A DNA stretch of 64,000 bases from an uncultured Thermotogaceae bacterium. GTDB lineage: Bacteria > Bipolaricaulota > Bipolaricaulia > Bipolaricaulales > Bipolaricaulaceae. Shown piece by piece: positions 34,554 through 42,942 of the stretch; within the stretch, counting starts at the first letter, position 1, and each line of letters begins with the position of its first letter. Both the position numbers and the translations under genes were made by a program. Where the stretch lies: assembly GCA_964516385.1 (NCBI GenBank), contig CAZEYM010000005.1:6830-70829 (forward strand), in the 5' to 3' direction. Below the pieces are notes generated by a model. The model did not search any database and was not told the DNA's origin. It saw nothing but the letters and a program-made list of their open reading frames with translations.

Positions 34554-37169
34554 TCAACTACCCGATCTGGGTTGATCGCACGATCGCAGGCCGGGCGATT
34601 CAGTGCTCCCGGGCCCCTCCATGAGTTGATGCAGCGCCGCCAGGATCTGCTCTGGCCCGCCAGCTTCGCTCACAGGCATGGGAAGGGCGCTCAGGAACTC
34701 CTCTCCGTAGGGTTCGGTCAACGTTCTCGGGTCCGCTATCACCAGCAGGCCGCGGTCCTCGCTAGAGCGAATAAGTCGTCCCGCGCCTTGCCGCAAGCGC
34801 AACACCGCGCGGGGCAAGAAAAGAGAGCGGAACGGATCTCTGCCGTCGCGCCGCAAGCGCTCCGCCTCAGCCTGGACCAGCGGGTCGCTGGGAACCGGGA
34901 ACGGCAGCCGTGCGATGACCACCACCTCGACTTGTTCGCCGGGAAGATCGACGCCCTCCCAGAAGGTGTCGAGTCCCAGAAGAACTATCGGTGGAGGTTC
35001 ATCCCGCAGCCGGCGCACTAGCCGTTCCCTCTCTCCATCGCGCCCCTGCACCAGTGTGGGCACATCGTCGAGGTGAGCGAGGGTGGCCTCCAGCATGCTG
35101 CGCGAGGTGAACAAGGCCAACGTACGGCGCCCTCCCTGGAGGGCCAGCCGGTGCAGAAGGCGCCCCAGCCCACTGGGGTACTCCGGGTGGTCTGGTCGGG
35201 GGAGGAAGGTGGGCACGCACGCCCGCGCCCTGCGATACGGAAAGGGAGAAGGCCAGCTCTTCCAGAGGGCTTCGTCGGGGGGGATTCCCAGTTCCAAGGC
35301 CAGGGGAGACACACCACTGCCGCTGCTCAGGGTGGCCGATGTCAGTACTGCTGATGTCATTCGGGACCATAGGCCCTGTTCGAGGAGAGGCCCCAGATCC
35401 ACGGGAGAGGTCTTCAGACTGGGCATCCCCCCCTCCCATGATTGCCAGAACACCTGGCCTTCTCCCTCCGCTCGCAGGAGGAGGGCCCAGGTATCGGCGA
35501 GGTCGTGCGCTTTGAGTGCGATTCCTCTCGCCAGTTCGGCCGTCTCTCCTTCAGCAGCCTCGCCGATGTGTGTGAGCTCTCGAGATAGCTGCCTGAGCGC
35601 CCGGCAGAGTTGTTCCCCCTGAGCGCGGGCGGGTGCTACCAGTGAGGGGCCATACTGGGCGGGAACAGTTGCCATCGCCGGGGAGACCGCGTTCCACACA
35701 AGGCGGTGGGCGCCGCGGACTTCCTCCCATAGGGCGACTGCCTTCCGCGTATCGGCTTCCTTGGCCCACACCGAAAGGAGCCCTCTCCCTCCCCTGCGAA
35801 GCTCTCCCAGCAAGGAGGGCACAGTGGAAGGGGTCACCTGGGAAGTGAACGCATCCCGTGCGGCAGCAGGGAGAGCGTGGGCTTCGTCGACCACTACGGC
35901 ATCCAGCTGGCCGAGTATGGCGCCACCGGCAGCTGCATCAGCTGCCAGAAGGGAGTGGTTCACCACCACCAACCGGGCTTCCCTGGCTCGGTCCCTGGCG
36001 CGGCGTGAGGGACACCGGCTGACGAACGGGCACGCACGGCGGGTGCACCGGTGGGGCATGTCCCGCAGGGCTTTGAGCAGGCGGCGTCCTTGTGGGTGCG
36101 CCCACAAGACGGCAAGTTCCTCCAGGTCACCGGTGTTTGAACGTTCCACCCATACGAAAACTGTGTTCAGCGCATCGCTTCCCATGAGTCGGCCGCACGC
36201 CTCCTCCAGTCGGCGCAGGCACAGGTAGTTCTCCCTCCCCTTGAGCAGCGCTGATGGGACCTTCAAGCCCAGGTGATCGAGCGCAGCGGGGAGTTCCTTG
36301 TGCCACAGCTGTTCCTGCAGAGCCCTAGTACGCGTAGCCACCGCGATCCGGGCCTTGGTCTGTGCGAGTCTCAACAGGACGGGGACCAGGTATGCGATGG
36401 TCTTACCCGTCCCCGGCCCAGCCTCCAAAAACGCCACTTGTCCTTGCGACAGCGCCCTCTCCACCGCTTGGGCGTAGCTACGTTGCCCCGGGCGGTCTTG
36501 CCAAAACGACAGTTCCCTCAGCCGGGCAAAGGCTTGATCCAGGTTGAACACGGGCGGACGGCCTGTGGGGACCTCAGGCTCAGGGGGGGGAGTTCTGGGG
36601 GGTAGCCACTCTCCCGCCGGCTGGGGAAGAAGAGACGAGATTGCCTTACGTGCCCCCTCGGGGAAGCGCGATGCCTCATGAAGGGCCTTGCTCAACAGCT
36701 GCCCCGCAGCTAATGCGTCCGGCAGAGCGCGGTGTGTTGGGCCATCATCCAGTCGCAGTCTGCGCCGTACGGATGCAAGAGAGTGTGAAACCTCGTGGGG
36801 CCAGACGGCGCGGGAGAGGGCCAGTGTATCCACCCAGTGTGCAGGGACGGGAGCCCCGATCTTCTGTGCCACCCGTTGCAGAAACTCGCGGTCGAAGGAG
36901 GCGTTGTGTGCTGCCACCACCTGCCCGGCCAACGTGTGGAGTACCTCGCTGAGCACCGTCTGACAGGAGGGAGCTGCGGACAACTCGTCCCAGGTGATCC
37001 CAGTCAGCCTCAGAATTTCCTCTGACGGGCGGCAAGACGGGCGGACCAGGCTGGCGAACGTTCCCTGAAGTTCTCCGTTGACAAACCGTGCCCATCCGAC
37101 CTCTATGATCTCGTCCCGAGCGGGGTCCAGCCCGCTGGTCTCAACGTCGATTGCGTAAAACTCCACCAT
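34554..37169 (-). CDS. dinG: DinG-family helicase with N-terminal DnaQ-like 3'-5' exonuclease domain
   Basis: ExoI AIDVETSGLDP and HNASFD. Walker A EAGPGTGKT and DEAH box VVVDEAHAL. Cys cluster C-x57-C-x4-C-x5-C (NYLC ... HRCTRRACPFVSRC) in the helicase part. Confidence 0.9.
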   Translation of the reverse strand: MVEFYAIDVETSGLDPARDEIIEVGWARFVNGELQGTFASLVRPSCRPSEEILRLTGITWDELSAAPSCQTVLSEVLHTLAGQVVAAHNASFDREFLQRVAQKIGAPVPAHWVDTLALSRAVWPHEVSHSLASVRRRLRLDDGPTHRALPDALAAGQLLSKALHEASRFPEGARKAISSLLPQPAGEWLPPRTPPPEPEVPTGRPPVFNLDQAFARLRELSFWQDRPGQRSYAQAVERALSQGQVAFLEAGPGTGKTIAYLVPVLLRLAQTKARIAVATRTRALQEQLWHKELPAALDHLGLKVPSALLKGRENYLCLRRLEEACGRLMGSDALNTVFVWVERSNTGDLEELAVLWAHPQGRRLLKALRDMPHRCTRRACPFVSRCPSRRARDRAREARLVVVNHSLLAADAAAGGAILGQLDAVVVDEAHALPAAARDAFTSQVTPSTVPSLLGELRRGGRGLLSVWAKEADTRKAVALWEEVRGAHRLVWNAVSPAMATVPAQYGPSLVAPARAQGEQLCRALRQLSRELTHIGEAAEGETAELARGIALKAHDLADTWALLLRAEGEGQVFWQSWEGGMPSLKTSPVDLGPLLEQGLWSRMTSAVLTSATLSSGSGVSPLALELGIPPDEALWKSWPSPFPYRRARACVPTFLPRPDHPEYPSGLGRLLHRLALQGGRRTLALFTSRSMLEATLAHLDDVPTLVQGRDGERERLVRRLRDEPPPIVLLGLDTFWEGVDLPGEQVEVVVIARLPFPVPSDPLVQAEAERLRRDGRDPFRSLFLPRAVLRLRQGAGRLIRSSEDRGLLVIADPRTLTEPYGEEFLSALPMPVSEAGGPEQILAALHQLMEGPGSTESPGLRSCDQPRSGS

Positions 37170-37602
37170 GACTGAGTCGGTTCAGCAGGTCGATGCGACG
37201 CACAATTCCCACCAGATGACCGGCGTGGTCCGCCACGGGGATCTGTTTCAGCCTCCTGCGGATGAACATCTCTGCCACCTGTAGGTCTTCGTCGTCGGGA
37301 TGGGCCACCGCCGGCTCGGTGACCATGAACTCGGAGACCGGTCGCAGGGAGATCTCCTCCAGCGCTTTGCTCAGCTGGTTGATGTTGGGCAGTATGGCCG
37401 ACGAGTGCAACATGTCGAAGTAGCTGGGAAGCGCTGCGCGGATTATGTCGCGCTCGGAGATCATGCCGGCCAGCTTGCCCTCCTCGTCCAAGACGGGCAC
37501 GCTGGAGAGCCCTGAGTGCTCCATGATGTAGATGACTTCGGAGATCGGCGTCTCTATGTCCACTGAAGTGAGGTCCTTGCGCATGAACTCGTGTGTCTTC
37601 AT
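37141..37602 (-). CDS. CBS domain pair protein
   Basis: 153 aa with two CBS-like units (SSVPVLDEEGKLAGMISERDI; KQIPVADHAGHLVGIVRRIDL). Confidence 0.85.
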   Translation of the reverse strand: MKTHEFMRKDLTSVDIETPISEVIYIMEHSGLSSVPVLDEEGKLAGMISERDIIRAALPSYFDMLHSSAILPNINQLSKALEEISLRPVSEFMVTEPAVAHPDDEDLQVAEMFIRRRLKQIPVADHAGHLVGIVRRIDLLNRLSHGGVLRNRR

Positions 37603-38567
37603 CCCGCTTCCCTCTTTCGCACGACTACGCGTTCCATCTCCGCATCTATAGCTTGGCGATTGCGCGCCAACTTCTCCTCGGCCTCGGAGGAGGCCATGGC
37701 AGCGGCCATCCCGAACTTGAGGCCGGTCTCAAGATCCGCGCCCGCTACAAGCTGATACAACAGACCCCCGACCAACGCGTCGTCCGCCCCGACCAGGTTG
37801 CGCAACTCACTCAAGGTCACGCGGGCATCTAGTTCCCAAACGCCATCTCGGGTCACCAGGATGTCGCCCGTTATGTGGTGGGAAACGAGGAACATCTCAG
37901 CTCCTCGCTCCAGGGCGTGGTGTCCGGCTGAGATGATCTCATCCTCTGTGCCCACAGGCTCATCACCGATGATGGCCTCCTCGCGAATATCGGGCTTCAC
38001 CAGATAGGGTCCGGCTGCAATGGCCTCCTTCAGGGGATGCCCTCCTGTATGGAGGATGACCTTGACCTGGTGCTCTGCTGCGATCAGCGTCAGCTGGCGG
38101 TAGAAATCGTGGGGAAGCCCTGGCGGCAAGCTTCCCCCAAGAACTACGTACTCAGCGTGAGCCATCGCGTGCCGGTACTTCGTGAGGAAGGTGGCGACGG
38201 CTCTCTCCGGAACCTGCGGCCCCTCTTCGTGCACCTTGAGCGAGGCCGCCTGGCGGTCGGGAAGTACGAGAGCGGCGTTGGTTCTCGTTTCCCCTTCAAT
38301 CCACACGAAGTTGGCCGTCACTCCCTCGGCGAGGATCCCCCGCAGGACGATCTGGCCTGTGTGGCCGGCCAGAAAACCCATGGCCACCGACTCCATCCCC
38401 ATGCGGGACAGGAACAGCGAGACGTTGATCCCCTTTCCTCCTGGTTCGCTGAGCGACTGCCGCGCCCGAATGATGCGGTCCTCCTCACCGACGGCGAGGG
38501 GCAGATGAGTGAAATCCACCCAGTAAGTCTTGTCCAATGCTGGATTCAGCGTCACCGTGACGATCAT
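37599..38567 (-). CDS. PfkB family carbohydrate kinase (1-phosphofructokinase/tagatose-6-P kinase-like)
   Basis: MIVTVTLNPALDKTY start at 38567 overlaps the miaB stop (ATGA). GGKGINV motif and C-terminal GADDALVGG. The upstream part of the track ORF is discounted. Confidence 0.85.
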   Translation of the reverse strand: MIVTVTLNPALDKTYWVDFTHLPLAVGEEDRIIRARQSLSEPGGKGINVSLFLSRMGMESVAMGFLAGHTGQIVLRGILAEGVTANFVWIEGETRTNAALVLPDRQAASLKVHEEGPQVPERAVATFLTKYRHAMAHAEYVVLGGSLPPGLPHDFYRQLTLIAAEHQVKVILHTGGHPLKEAIAAGPYLVKPDIREEAIIGDEPVGTEDEIISAGHHALERGAEMFLVSHHITGDILVTRDGVWELDARVTLSELRNLVGADDALVGGLLYQLVAGADLETGLKFGMAAAMASSEAEEKLARNRQAIDAEMERVVVRKREAG

Positions 38568-39874
38568 GGCTCTCCTTGTTCCAGCAAGCCGCGCATCCCT
38601 CCGGTCAACCCCTCGGTTATGCGCACGGGGACTAGCTGCCCCCTCAGGGAGTCGGGGTCTCCCGGAAAAAGCACCGTCCGGAAATCCCGCGTCTTGCCGT
38701 AGCACAGATCCTTCTGGGGCAAGTACCCCTCCACCAGCACCTCCACCAGCTGCCCCACCCGCTGCTTGTGCATGTCGAGCGCGATCCGGCGCGACAAGTC
38801 TAGCACTCGCTCCAGGCGCTGGCGCTTTGTCTCCCCGGGCACGCTGTCAGGCCACGCGGCGGCACGCGTGTGGGGGCGCGGGGAGTAGCAGGCGGCGTAG
38901 ACTGTGCCGAACTTGACTTCCTCCAGAAGGGAAAGGGTAGCACAGAAGTCCGCCTCGCTCTCCCCGGGGAATCCGACGATGACGTCAGTGGTGAGGTTCA
39001 CCCCCGGCACTGTGCGAACGGCAAGGGCCAAAATCTCCTCCAGTTGAGCCCGCGAGTGCCCCCTTCCCATGGCCTTGAGTACGGAGTCGCTACCCGATTG
39101 CACCGCCAAGTGGAGGTGCTCGCATATGGCCGGTTCGTCTCTCATTGCCTGTAGGACGTCACTGTCAATGAATGCGGGGTGAGAGCTGGTGAACCGCACG
39201 CGTGGTATCCCCACTTTGGCCGCACGGCGCAGAAGCTCGGCAAAAGTCGGATGCCCTGACCTGTCATCACGGCCGTAGGCATCGACGTTCTGCCCAAGGA
39301 TGGTGACCTCACGGTAGCCTTGCTCGGCCAACCGATGAAGCTCTTCCAACACTCTGCGCACAGGACGCGAGCGCAGGGGGCCACGCACGAAGGGCACCAC
39401 GCAGTAGGCGCACTCCAGCGAGCAGCCTTCGGAAATTGCGACGTAGGCTTGGAAGTGGCTCCGCCGGCGCACGGGCAAGGTGAGCCCGTCTCGGCCGGGG
39501 CTGGGCACCGAAACGGGGCGCTCGCCGGACACCGCCCGGCGGACAAGCTGGGGGACGTCGGACAAGTTCCTGGTGCCGAAGACGAAGTCGGCCTGTGGGC
39601 AGGATTCCCAGGGGTTCTCAGCGTGGCCTTGAGGCATGCAGCCTCCCACTCCGAGGATGGGGCGGCCGTTGGAGCGCATGCCGGCCAGCTGGGCTAGCCT
39701 TCCCTGCGCTTTCTGTTCCGCCCGGGCTCGGACCATGCACGTGTTGAGGATCACCACGTCTGCCTCCCGCGGGCTGTCCACGATGGCATACCCTTCCTGA
39801 ACCAGCACGCCTTCGAGCTCCTCGGAGCGATGCTGGTTGAGCTGACAACCCCAGGTGAGCACACAAGCCTTCAT
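38564..39874 (-). CDS. miaB: tRNA-2-methylthio-N6-dimethylallyladenosine synthase
   Basis: MKACVLTWGCQLNQ (UPF0004 domain), radical-SAM CSLECAYC, and a TRAM-like C-terminus. Confidence 0.9.
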   Translation of the reverse strand: MKACVLTWGCQLNQHRSEELEGVLVQEGYAIVDSPREADVVILNTCMVRARAEQKAQGRLAQLAGMRSNGRPILGVGGCMPQGHAENPWESCPQADFVFGTRNLSDVPQLVRRAVSGERPVSVPSPGRDGLTLPVRRRSHFQAYVAISEGCSLECAYCVVPFVRGPLRSRPVRRVLEELHRLAEQGYREVTILGQNVDAYGRDDRSGHPTFAELLRRAAKVGIPRVRFTSSHPAFIDSDVLQAMRDEPAICEHLHLAVQSGSDSVLKAMGRGHSRAQLEEILALAVRTVPGVNLTTDVIVGFPGESEADFCATLSLLEEVKFGTVYAACYSPRPHTRAAAWPDSVPGETKRQRLERVLDLSRRIALDMHKQRVGQLVEVLVEGYLPQKDLCYGKTRDFRTVLFPGDPDSLRGQLVPVRITEGLTGGMRGLLEQGEP

Positions 39875-39956
39875 GGCGCAGGAGTTAGGATACCTCAGTT
39901 GCCAGCGAATGCTCAACTGAGTGGCAACTCCGCCCTGATCGCGGCTATGATGGGGT

Positions 39957-42917
39957 GTGATTCGTCGAGTGGATCGCTACTTGTGGGGGGAGTTGCTGGG
40001 CCCGTTCGGCCTGGCGCTGCTGGCGTTCTTGGTGTTCATCGGTCTGGAATTGGTATTGTCGCTTTCGGACGTGTTCCTGGCGCGGGGGGTGGGGGCGGCG
40101 ACTCTGCTGCGGTTGCTTTTCCTGAAGCTGCCGAGCATTTTTACCTATGCCCTGCCGGGAGGCGTCCTGTTGGCGGTCTTCTTGGCGTTGGGGCGGTTGG
40201 TGTCCGACAGAGAACTGTTGGCGCTGCAAGCAGTCGGCTACTCCTTGAGGCGGCTGATGGTGCCGTTTGTCTGCTTCGGAATAGCGGTGAGTGGGCTAGC
40301 GTATGTGCTGAGCGAGGTTGCGGTGCCGGCTGCGGAATCGGCGTATCGTCAGGAGCTTCTCACAGTGCTGTACAGAGGTGAGGTCCCCGCTCTCCAGGAA
40401 CACGTGTTCTTCCGCGGACAGGAAGGAGAGCTGTACTACATCCAGAGCTACGAGGGGGATCGAGCGCTTGGAGTGGTAATGTACGACTTGCAGGGAAGGG
40501 TGTTCCCGCCACAAGGTAGGTTCCCCACGGTGCTCACTGCCGAACAAGGACGGTTGCGGGGGGGTGAGCTGGCCCTACAGGACGGGCGACTGCTCCGGTT
40601 CGGCTCTGACGGAGCGTTGGAGGAGATGGCTCGGTTCACGGCGCTTACCCTGGAGGTGGGGGAGGACGTGCACCAGGCTGTTCTGGGGGGGAAGACGCCG
40701 GCTGAGATGTCGCTGGGAGAGCTTTCCGAGCGCATTGAGTTGTTCCAGCGCTCGGCACTGGAGCCACGGAGCCTGGTGGTCGAGTACCACTCCAAGCTGG
40801 CGGTGATCGCGGCGAGTGCCGTGTTTGCGATGTTGGGCGCTCCTTTGGGCATACTCCTGGGTCACCGAGGGAGGGCAGCAGCGGCGATCGCCGGCTTTGC
40901 CTTGGTGGCTGGCGCGCAGGGGATGCTCATCTGGTCACGCACCATGGCCCGCCGAGGGATGCTGCCGGCGTCGCTGGGTGGGTGGCTTCCTCACATCGTG
41001 TTGGTCGCGTTGGGCTTGGCTTTGCTCATGCTGGCCGACCGACGAAGGGGCCGCGGTGTGGGCGCGATTGTCCTTGCTGTGGCTGTGGGAACGGTGGGGT
41101 GGGCTGCGGAGTGGCCGTTTGAACAACTGGTTGCCGAGCGTATGGTGCTCGGCCCAGACGCGACCTCCATCTCGGCGGAAGGAGTGGAGGCCACGCTTTC
41201 AGGCTATTCGCTTGTGGCTCGCTTGCTCCACGGGGTGCGACACGAGGGCGGTTGGCGGGTGGAGGCGGAAGGTGCCCGCCTGACAGGGGCGAACGTAGAC
41301 GTTGAGGCCGAACGCATTTCTGCCTGGTTCGACGCCAGGGGGTATCTGCAGGAGGCAGTTGCCGAAGGCTTCCAAGGGAATTCAGCGTTCTCCGGCCCGG
41401 AGAAGGAAGAGGTCATACTGTTTTCCGGAGACTGGGGCAAGGCCACGTTCGCTGAGGGAGAACTGACTAGGTTGGACGGGAGAGATGTGCAAGTTACCAC
41501 CTGTCCGTGTTTGGAGGGTGCGCCGTACAGGATCGATGCTTCTGTGTTTGTCCTGCTTCCGCGACGGTGGCTCTACGCACAGGACGTCACGGTGAGGGCA
41601 TACGACGTCCGGGCCGGATGGTTGCCAGTGTACGCGGCGCGGCTGGGAGAGGAAGCCTCTCCCTTGTTCCCAGAGGTGGGCAGGGAAGGCCAAAACTGGT
41701 ACCTGCGTTGGCACATCCCGTGGGCTCTGGGGGAGGGGCTGTGGGGAGCAGTGGGGATGACGTGGTTCCCCTGGGCAGGCAGGACCCAGCCCATGTTGGA
41801 TGTACTGTGGGACACCGGGGAGCTTCATCTGACCCCCGGCGCCGTTGTGGTCAGAGCTCGCGGCTCGGCGTATTGGGGAAGCTGGCGCTTGTCGGCGAGC
41901 CTGTCGGAGGAGCGGCTGTCGGCCGAGGCGCGGGGGGAGTTGGGTCTGTGGGACTGGTCGGTGCTGTGGGGCAGAGTGGAACGAGATGGTGAGCTCGTCT
42001 ATGAAAGGGCGCCGCTTGTCACGTTGAGCGGGCGCGCGGGGGAGTGGCTGGGAAGCGACCTTACGCTGCGAGTTGAGATGGGCCGCTTTACAGAGGCAGG
42101 GAGCGCGGGAACTCGCAGCGGGACGACGTTGTCCTGGACGAGAAGCTGGGATTTGGGACTGCTCAAGGTGGACACGCCATGGCGGCTGGGCGCCGACTTA
42201 TACAAAGAGGGGCATAGGCTGTCGGCAGGGGTGGATCCTGTCCTCAGGCTGGGGGGGCTAGAGCTCTCCTACCGCGGGCGGTTGACCCGCGGTCGTTCTC
42301 CCTTTGACTTCGACGCGGCGCCGTCCGAAAGTAGCCTCGGGGCGAGCTTCGTGGGACGGTTAGATCCGTGGAGCCAACGGGTATCCATGAGATGGGACCT
42401 GGGCACGGGTGCTCTCCTTCCCGGAAGTTGGTCTTTGCGTGGGCCGGGGGTGAAAGTTGATCTGTCGTTCGAGCCGGTCCCGCTAGCGTTCAGGCGCGGT
42501 ACGTGGGAGTTCTCGTGGGCGGAAGGTGATTCCAGCGTGTCGCTGCGGGGAGGGGTGATGCTGAGCCCGTTGGTGTGGGACGACGTGCTCTTGAGCGGAT
42601 CATGGCAGCCGGAAAACGCAACGGTCAACGTGGGGCTGCGTTTTGGCGTCGAGCCTTTGTCGCTGCGGCGCTCAGCGGCAGAGGTGAGTTGGCAGATTGG
42701 AGACACCTGGCACGTGCGTGTGTGGGGAGATTTCGATTGGGACTCAGGCAGATGGGTTCGGTTGGGTGGTGGAGCGAGCCGTTTGCTGCAAGGATGCCTT
42801 CGCGTCGGGATGCAGGTCGACCTCTCCGGCATGCAGATCTTCGTCGACGTCCCGGCGTTCAGCGAGGCGCGGGCGGTGTTCGAGCCTCAGGATATCGGGC
42901 TCCGCATCGGGGGTTAG
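39957..42917 (+). CDS. Fusion protein: LptF/LptG-family permease + extra TM anchor + OstA/LptA-like domain + LptD-like beta-barrel
   Basis: Uninterrupted 986-codon ORF with a GTG start. Residues 1-365 look like YjgP/YjgQ (MIRRVDRYLWGELLGPF; 3 TM, soluble beta-domain, 3 TM). Then DRRRGRG and a hydrophobic segment VGAIVLAVAVGTVGWAA. Then about 120 aa of strand-rich repeats. Then TTCPC..PYRIDASV..LPVYAA..SPLFPEVG..WYLRWHIPW, which resembles the E. coli LptD junction (FTSC..W..PIFYSPY..SGFLIP..PYYWN) recalled from memory. About 470 aa of alternating W/R/G/S/L strand pattern follow. Confidence 0.7.
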   Translation: MIRRVDRYLWGELLGPFGLALLAFLVFIGLELVLSLSDVFLARGVGAATLLRLLFLKLPSIFTYALPGGVLLAVFLALGRLVSDRELLALQAVGYSLRRLMVPFVCFGIAVSGLAYVLSEVAVPAAESAYRQELLTVLYRGEVPALQEHVFFRGQEGELYYIQSYEGDRALGVVMYDLQGRVFPPQGRFPTVLTAEQGRLRGGELALQDGRLLRFGSDGALEEMARFTALTLEVGEDVHQAVLGGKTPAEMSLGELSERIELFQRSALEPRSLVVEYHSKLAVIAASAVFAMLGAPLGILLGHRGRAAAAIAGFALVAGAQGMLIWSRTMARRGMLPASLGGWLPHIVLVALGLALLMLADRRRGRGVGAIVLAVAVGTVGWAAEWPFEQLVAERMVLGPDATSISAEGVEATLSGYSLVARLLHGVRHEGGWRVEAEGARLTGANVDVEAERISAWFDARGYLQEAVAEGFQGNSAFSGPEKEEVILFSGDWGKATFAEGELTRLDGRDVQVTTCPCLEGAPYRIDASVFVLLPRRWLYAQDVTVRAYDVRAGWLPVYAARLGEEASPLFPEVGREGQNWYLRWHIPWALGEGLWGAVGMTWFPWAGRTQPMLDVLWDTGELHLTPGAVVVRARGSAYWGSWRLSASLSEERLSAEARGELGLWDWSVLWGRVERDGELVYERAPLVTLSGRAGEWLGSDLTLRVEMGRFTEAGSAGTRSGTTLSWTRSWDLGLLKVDTPWRLGADLYKEGHRLSAGVDPVLRLGGLELSYRGRLTRGRSPFDFDAAPSESSLGASFVGRLDPWSQRVSMRWDLGTGALLPGSWSLRGPGVKVDLSFEPVPLAFRRGTWEFSWAEGDSSVSLRGGVMLSPLVWDDVLLSGSWQPENATVNVGLRFGVEPLSLRRSAAEVSWQIGDTWHVRVWGDFDWDSGRWVRLGGGASRLLQGCLRVGMQVDLSGMQIFVDVPAFSEARAVFEPQDIGLRIGG

Positions 42918-42942
42918 CGCCGTGTACAATGAAACTCACTCT

